DNA of 64,000 nucleotides from an uncultured Bifidobacterium sp. Its GTDB lineage: Bacteria; Pseudomonadota; Gammaproteobacteria; Burkholderiales; Burkholderiaceae_D. The position numbers were made by a program, and so were the translations under genes. The notes under the pieces are model-generated. The model made no database searches. It saw nothing but the letters and a program-made list of their open reading frames with translations, and was not told the origin of the DNA. Location: NCBI GenBank assembly GCA_964634245.1, contig CAZWIE010000002.1, forward strand, positions 108,793 through 172,792, given 5' to 3'. Positions 57,551 to 64,000 of the stretch are shown piece by piece (position 1 is the stretch's first letter; each line of letters starts with the position of its first letter).

Positions 57551-58036
57551 ATGCCATCGTTCGACGTCGTGTCGGAAGCCAACCAGGTCGAGGTCAAGAA
57601 TGCGGTCGACCAGGCCAACAAGGAAATCACCACCCGCTTCGACTTCAAGGGCAGCGATGCCCGCGTCGAGCAAAAGGAACGCGAGCTGACCGCTTACGCG
57701 GACAGCGACTTCCAGCTCGGCCAGGTGCGCGATGTGCTGACCACGAAAATGACCAAGCGGAATGTGGATGTGCGTTTCCTCGACCTCGGCAAGATCGAGA
57801 AGATCGGCGGCGACAAGGTCAAGCAAGTGATCAAGGTGAAGAACGGCATCGAGTCCGACGCCGCGAAAAAAATCCAGCGCATCATCAAGGACAGCAAGAT
57901 CAAGGTGCAGGCCAGCATCCAGGGCGACACGCTGCGCGTACAAGGCGCCAAGCGTGACGACCTGCAAGCCACGATCGCGCTGCTGAAAAAAGAAGTCACC
58001 GACCTGCCGCTGGAATTCAACAACTTCCGTGACTGA
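57551..58036 (+). CDS. yajQ: YajQ-family nucleotide / c-di-GMP-binding protein
   Basis: [36 protein letters not shown]. Confidence 0.96.
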   Translation: MPSFDVVSEANQVEVKNAVDQANKEITTRFDFKGSDARVEQKERELTAYADSDFQLGQVRDVLTTKMTKRNVDVRFLDLGKIEKIGGDKVKQVIKVKNGIESDAAKKIQRIIKDSKIKVQASIQGDTLRVQGAKRDDLQATIALLKKEVTDLPLEFNNFRD

Positions 58037-58124
58037 GCCCGGGGTTTCGTGAAGCAATGCTTCACGCCGGGCGAAGGGTGAGCGCCTGTGAGCGCGAGCC
58101 GCCGAGCACGCCTTCGTGAAGTAC

Positions 58125-58161
58125 AAACAACAAAGCCACGCAATGCGTGGCTTTGTTGTTT
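58125..58161. terminator. Bidirectional intrinsic terminator
   Basis: Perfect AAACAACAAAGCCACGC-AAT-GCGTGGCTTTGTTGTTT hairpin between convergent yajQ and aroG. Confidence 0.88.
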
Positions 58162-58175
58162 CAGGCGTAGGCAGC

Positions 58176-59237
58176 TTATTCGCTCTTGGTGAGGCGACGC
58201 TGGCGCACGGCTGCCGCGAGGTTCTCGAGTACCTGCAGGCTGCTGTCCCAGTCGATGCAACCATCGGTGATGGACTGGCCATAGGTCAGGTCCTTGCCCG
58301 GCACTAGGTCCTGGCGACCGCCGACCAGATGCGACTCGACCATCACGCCGATGATGCGGTCGTCGCCGCCCGCCACCTGCTCGCCGATGTTGGCGCACAC
58401 CGGCACCTGGTTCTCCGGCTTCTTCGAGCTGTTCGCATGCGATGCATCGATCATCAGCTTCTGAGACAGGCCGTTGGCGGCCAGTGCAATCGCTGCATCT
58501 TCGACGCTGGCGGCGTCATAGTTCGGCGCCTTGCCGCCGCGCAGGATGATGTGGCAATCCTCGTTACCGGCAGTCGACACGATGGCCGAGTGGCCGCCCT
58601 TGGTCACTGACAGGAAGTGGTGCGGCTGCGATGCGGCCTTGATCGCGTCAGCGGCGATCTTGATGTTGCCATCGGTGCCGTTCTTGAAGCCGACCGGGCA
58701 CGACAGGCCCGACGCCAGTTCACGGTGCACTTGCGACTCGGTGGTACGCGCGCCGATCGCGCCCCAGCTGATCAGGTCGGCGATGTATTGCGGGCTGATC
58801 ACGTCGAGGAATTCGGTGCCGGCCGGCAGGCCCAGCTCATTGATGTTCACCAGCAGCTCGCGCGCGATGCGCAGACCGTCGTTGATGCGGAAGCTGCCGT
58901 CGAGATAGGGATCGTTGATCAGGCCCTTCCAGCCGACGGTGGTACGCGGCTTCTCGAAGTAGACGCGCATCACGATCTCGAGATCGTCCTTGAAGCGCTC
59001 GCGCTGCTCGACCAGGCGGCGTGCGTATTCCATGCCGGCCTTGGTGTCGTGGATGGAGCACGGTCCGATGACGACCATGAGGCGATCATCCTGGCCGTGC
59101 AGGATGCGGTGCAACGCAGTACGCGCGTCTGCGGTCACGTTCGCGATCTTGTCCGAGCACGGGAATTCCCGGATAAGGTGCGACGGCGGCGTCAGTTCCT
59201 TCAATTCTCTAATCCTCAGGTCATCAGTACGGGGCAT
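58176..59237 (-). CDS. aroG: 3-deoxy-7-phosphoheptulonate synthase, class I (AroG/F/H type)
   Basis: GPCSIHD, YFEKPRTTVGWKG, IGARTTESQ, GFKNGT, SHANS, ITDGCI; GGAGA RBS before ATG 59237. Confidence 0.96.
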   Translation of the reverse strand: MPRTDDLRIRELKELTPPSHLIREFPCSDKIANVTADARTALHRILHGQDDRLMVVIGPCSIHDTKAGMEYARRLVEQRERFKDDLEIVMRVYFEKPRTTVGWKGLINDPYLDGSFRINDGLRIARELLVNINELGLPAGTEFLDVISPQYIADLISWGAIGARTTESQVHRELASGLSCPVGFKNGTDGNIKIAADAIKAASQPHHFLSVTKGGHSAIVSTAGNEDCHIILRGGKAPNYDAASVEDAAIALAANGLSQKLMIDASHANSSKKPENQVPVCANIGEQVAGGDDRIIGVMVESHLVGGRQDLVPGKDLTYGQSITDGCIDWDSSLQVLENLAAAVRQRRLTKSE

Positions 59238-59298
59238 GGCTTCTCCAGGAATATGCGGTTCGGATTCGATGCTGCTTGTATTCGGATTCGGGCTGCAG

Positions 59299-59329
59299 AA
59301 AAACAAAAACCGCCATTCCTGGCGGTTTT
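59299..59329 (-). terminator. Attenuator terminator upstream of aroG
   Basis: On the minus strand, AAAACCGCCA-GGAA-TGGCGGTTTT followed by TGTTTTT, between the leader ORF and aroG. Confidence 0.8.
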
Positions 59330-59364
59330 CAAAGATTCGGTCTAGGTCCTGTTTCTACGTGAAC

Positions 59365-59436
59365 TTACCGCTTCTCCACCGCCCGGGGGCTGGGGTAGCT
59401 AAAGTAAAAGTGGAAGTAGAACGCACGGACGGACAT
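59365..59436 (-). CDS. Phe/Tyr-rich leader peptide (23 aa) of aroG
   Basis: MSVRAFYFHFYFSYPSPRAVEKR; not in the ORF track; followed by a terminator and containing a potential antiterminator sequence GGCGGT. Confidence 0.78.
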   Translation of the reverse strand: MSVRAFYFHFYFSYPSPRAVEKR

Positions 59437-59521
59437 TGCTGTTTCCAACGCTTCAGGTTCAATACAGATCGATGGTGCTACAAATCACGCGCTTTGGCAA
59501 GCAAGGATAGCAAATCAGCAA

Positions 59522-60982
59522 TCAACCCGTGCCGCCGACGGTCAGTTCTTCGATCCGCAGGGTGGGCTGGCCGACGCCGACCGGCACGCTCTGGCCGTCC
59601 TTGCCGCACACGCCCACGCCCGGGTCGAGCTTCATGTCATTGCCGATCATGGACACACGGTTGAGCACGTCCGGACCATTGCCGATCAGGGTAGCGCCCT
59701 TGACCGGGTAGGCCAGCTTGCCATCCTCGATCATCCAGGCTTCGCTGGCCGAGAACACGAACTTGCCGTTGGTGATGTCGACCTGGCCGCCGCCGAAATT
59801 CACCGCATACAGGCCGTTCTTGACCGAGCGAATGATCTCTTCCGGGTCCTTGTCGCCGGCCAGCATGTAAGTGTTGGTCATGCGCGGCATCGGCAGGTGC
59901 GCATAGGATTCGCGACGGCCGTTGCCGGTCGCCGGCATCTTCATCAGACGCGCGTTCAGCGTGTCCTGAATATAGCCCTTCAGGATGCCGTCTTCGATCA
60001 GGGTGGTGCACTGGGTCGGGTTGCCTTCGTCGTCAACGTTCAGCGAGCCGCGGCGGTCGGCCAGCGTGCCGTCATCCACCACGGTCACGCCCTTGGCAGC
60101 GACACGCTCACCGATGCGGCCAGAGAACGCGCTCGAGCCCTTGCGGTTGAAATCGCCCTCGAGGCCGTGGCCGATCGCTTCGTGCAGCAGCACGCCGGGC
60201 CAGCCCGGGCCGAGCACCACAGTCATCGGGCCGGCCGGGGCCGGACGCGCTTCAAGGTTCACCAGCGCCGCATTGACAGCTTCGGCCGCGTATTTTTCCA
60301 GCAGATCGTCGGTGAAATAGCCGAATTCGTAGCGGCCGCCACCGCCGGCGCTGCCGACTTCGCGGCGGCCATTCTGCTCGGCGATCACGGTCAGCGACAG
60401 ACGTACCAGCGGACGGATGTCGGCGGCGATCACGCCATCGCTGCGCACCACCAGCACCACATCATGTTCGCCCGACAGGCCGGCCATCACCTGCACGATG
60501 CGCGGGTCTTTGGCGCGCGCGATACGCTCGATCTTTTCCAGCAGCCGGACCTTGGAGGTCGCGTCCAGCGACACCAGCGGGTCATGCGGGCGGTACAGCG
60601 CGCGGGCGCTGCCACGCTGCACGCCCTGCGCGACCTTCATGCGGCCCGCGCCCTGGCGCGCGATGGTGCGCGTCGCAGCAGCGGCTTCCAGCAGCGCGCG
60701 CTCGGAAATGTCATCGGAATACGAGAAAGCGGTCTTGTCGCCGGACACGGCCCGCACGCCCACGCCCTGGTCGATCGAGAAGGAGCCGGTCTTGACGATG
60801 CCCTCTTCGAGGCTCCAGCTCTCGCTCTTGGTGAACTGGAAATACAGGTCGGCGTAATCGACCTTGTGCGTGAAGATCGAGCCCAGGGCTTTCAGCAAAT
60901 GGCTTTCGTCCAGGCCATGGGGCGTCAGCAAGACATTGCTGGCGGCGGTCTGGATGGCGATGTTGGGTTCGATCAGCTTCAT
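59522..60982 (-). CDS. tldD: Metalloprotease TldD
   Basis: [54 protein letters not shown]. Confidence 0.96.
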   Translation of the reverse strand: MKLIEPNIAIQTAASNVLLTPHGLDESHLLKALGSIFTHKVDYADLYFQFTKSESWSLEEGIVKTGSFSIDQGVGVRAVSGDKTAFSYSDDISERALLEAAAATRTIARQGAGRMKVAQGVQRGSARALYRPHDPLVSLDATSKVRLLEKIERIARAKDPRIVQVMAGLSGEHDVVLVVRSDGVIAADIRPLVRLSLTVIAEQNGRREVGSAGGGGRYEFGYFTDDLLEKYAAEAVNAALVNLEARPAPAGPMTVVLGPGWPGVLLHEAIGHGLEGDFNRKGSSAFSGRIGERVAAKGVTVVDDGTLADRRGSLNVDDEGNPTQCTTLIEDGILKGYIQDTLNARLMKMPATGNGRRESYAHLPMPRMTNTYMLAGDKDPEEIIRSVKNGLYAVNFGGGQVDITNGKFVFSASEAWMIEDGKLAYPVKGATLIGNGPDVLNRVSMIGNDMKLDPGVGVCGKDGQSVPVGVGQPTLRIEELTVGGTG

Positions 60983-61135
60983 GGCGGGGCTCTCAGCGGG
61001 AGTGTTTCCGAAACGGGACACGAGCGTCGATTTTACTGGATCGCCCCCGTCCCTGCTGCCGAGCGGCGTGCCGCCGCCTTGCAGCCAGGGACCAAGACCC
61101 GCCACGGGCGCCGCGCTGCCCGGGCCGGCACACGC

Positions 61136-61974
<839 letters not shown>

Positions 61975-61978
<4 letters not shown>

Positions 61979-64000
61979 TGCGCCTCCGCCTTGCCGTCCT
62001 TGCCATCCTTGTCGCCGTCGTTGGCGATCTTGCGCTTGCTCGTGCTCTTCTTGATCACCGGGTCTTTCCACGGGCCGGTGACCTGGTATTCCTGGGTCAG
62101 CGCCTGCGACAGCGGGTTCTTCAGGAAAAGCTGCGCAAGGAAGGAACCGAGGCCGATGACCGGGTTCACCGCCAGTCCATACACGACCGATGCGCCGCCG
62201 GCATTGAGCTCGGGGATCACGACCACGGCCAGGTTCTGCGTTTCTTCATTCAGGTCCACCGTGCCATCCATCAGCACGGCCGCATTCACGCCGCGCATCT
62301 TGAAGCTGTCAGTCTTCAGGATGCCGCGCGTGATGGTAGCCGTGCTGGCGATCGAATCGAACTGGAAGCCATCGGTGAAGATGTCGCGGAAGTCCAGCGT
62401 CAGCCGGCGCGGCAGCGATTGCAGGCTCAGCACGCCCAGCAGCTTGGCTACCCCCGGATCGGCCTTCAGGAACTGGCCGGTGGCCAGCTTCAGGCTGAGG
62501 TTGCCGGCCAGCGTGGGGAAATCGATCGATGAGGGCGCGCCGCGCCAGCTGACTTCGCCTTCCATCCGGCCCTTGCCGCCCTTGAGCGTACGCTCGAAGC
62601 CAAGGCGATCGAGCAGCTTGCCGGCATCGTTGATGTCGAGTTCATAGTTGAGAACGGTCTGCCCTTCGACGACACCCGCGGCCCAGAGGCCGGTGGCGCG
62701 CATGGTCGCATCCGGATTGACGATGGCCAGCTTGCTGATGCGCCATTCACGGCCCGGACCGGCTGCCAGGCCCGCATTGGTCGCCGCCAGTTCGAGGCGG
62801 CCGAGCTTCATGCTGCGCAATTCAAAGTTATCAGCCGTGACATCCAGGCCCGGCAATTCACTGAAGGACTTCTTGCCGGCCAGGATGTCGACCACTTGTG
62901 TGGCGGCGCTCTGCTCGATGCGCAGCAAGGTCAGGCGCGCGGTCAGCTTGCCGGCGCCACGTTCTGCCAGTGGGTCTTCCCAGGTCGCATGGCCGATCAC
63001 TTCATCGGATTGCACATTGAATTGCCAGCCGGCCTTGGTGCGGGAGCCACCGAGCAAGGCATTCTCGATCACGCGGTCGGCGAGGTTCAGTTGGTTCGCG
63101 CGCAGGTTGACCGTATCGGGTGACAGGTAGCCGCCAAAGTCACTGCCGGCACCGGCGTCGGCACTGCCGCTGCCTTCGTTGAGGCTGTTGGCCAGCGTAC
63201 GCCAGGCATCAAGGTTCAGCGACGCCATGCTGACGGCAAGCGACACGCCGCTCTCGAGCATCGGCGGCGGCGCATTGACACCGATGCCGCCGCGCACCAG
63301 CTTCCATGGCGCATTGCGCACCGCCACGGGCCGCTGCCGCAAGTAACGCGCATTGACCGCGCGGCCGAGGCTGACGCGAATTTCTTCATTCAGGTTCTGC
63401 TGGTCGGACAGGCCGACCGGCATCACCGTCACCTTCAATGGCATCGTTTCCGAGACCGCTTTCTGCAGCGGAGATGGCAGATCGATGCCCATCCCGGCCA
63501 GCGACGATTCGAGCGTGATCTCGGGACGCTGGTTGCGCACCCGGACCATGCCGCTGTAGCGCGTGGCGCCGGTCAACTTGCGCATCAGCTTTTTCGCGCT
63601 CGGCATCGTCAGGTAACGCGTAATGCCATCGGCAGTCAGGGCGCCATCGAACCTGACCATCGTGCTACCGTCGCCCTGGGTGCCGCCCGACAGCACCAGC
63701 GGGCCGCCCAGCAGGTTGCCCTGCACCTTGTTCAACTGCATGCCCTTGTCGGAGAAAGCCAGTTCGCCATTGACCTGCTGCAGCGCTGGCAGCGCTTTCC
63801 ACAACTGCACTTCATTGCCTGCAAACTTCACCGCGCCCTGCACCACCGGCTGTCCGTCAACCAGCGGGATCTGCATCTTCAGCGCAACGCGTGCATTGCC
63901 CAGCGTACGCGCTTCATCGGTCAGGCCATCGATCCAGTCGACAATGGGGGTCGCATTCACATAGGCCAGCATGGCCTGCAGCGAACCGCTGGCATTGCCG
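61975..64000 (-). CDS. yhdP: YhdP/AsmA-like phospholipid transporter, 3' part (5' end outside window)
   Basis: LLGVLSLQSLPRRLTLDFRD, FQFDSI, YQVTGPWKDPVI; the reading frame runs to the window edge. Confidence 0.92.

Overview
This is a high-GC betaproteobacterial chromosome segment; gene content and order suggest Burkholderiales/Oxalobacteraceae, which is an inference. The left part (1-18.7 kb) is accessory. It holds a SET / FemABX-like GNAT / YkgJ trio, a GAF-PAS-GGDEF-EAL protein and a copper-handling operon (CopL-like, TolC-like, multicopper oxidase, CusF-like). It also holds an orphan mandelate racemase, a 7TM-DISM PP2C phosphatase and a divergent pair of exported carbonic anhydrase candidates: an iota-class (COG4875) enzyme with a very long His/Ala-rich arm, and a Tat-exported beta-class enzyme. 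The middle part holds a complete 4-hydroxybenzoate/protocatechuate catabolic cluster (pobA, pcaIJF-HG-BDC, two regulators) and a micro-oxic island (fnr, ccoNOQP-GH, ccoIS, hemN, Pat-type acetyltransferase, two USPs). Six FNR-like boxes are spread across the window, mostly of the TTGAC-N4-GTCAA type. An atypical kinase-fold gene interrupts the cco locus. The right part is core housekeeping (srkA, orn, rsgA, argFG, ppnP, murB, yajQ, aroG, tldD, yhdP) with two inserted toxin-antitoxin modules, one of which has a nonsense-interrupted toxin. An unannotated Phe/Tyr-rich leader peptide and attenuator lies upstream of aroG. No rRNA, tRNA, transposase, integrase or CRISPR array was recognised. All family assignments come from motif recognition by eye, not from database searches.
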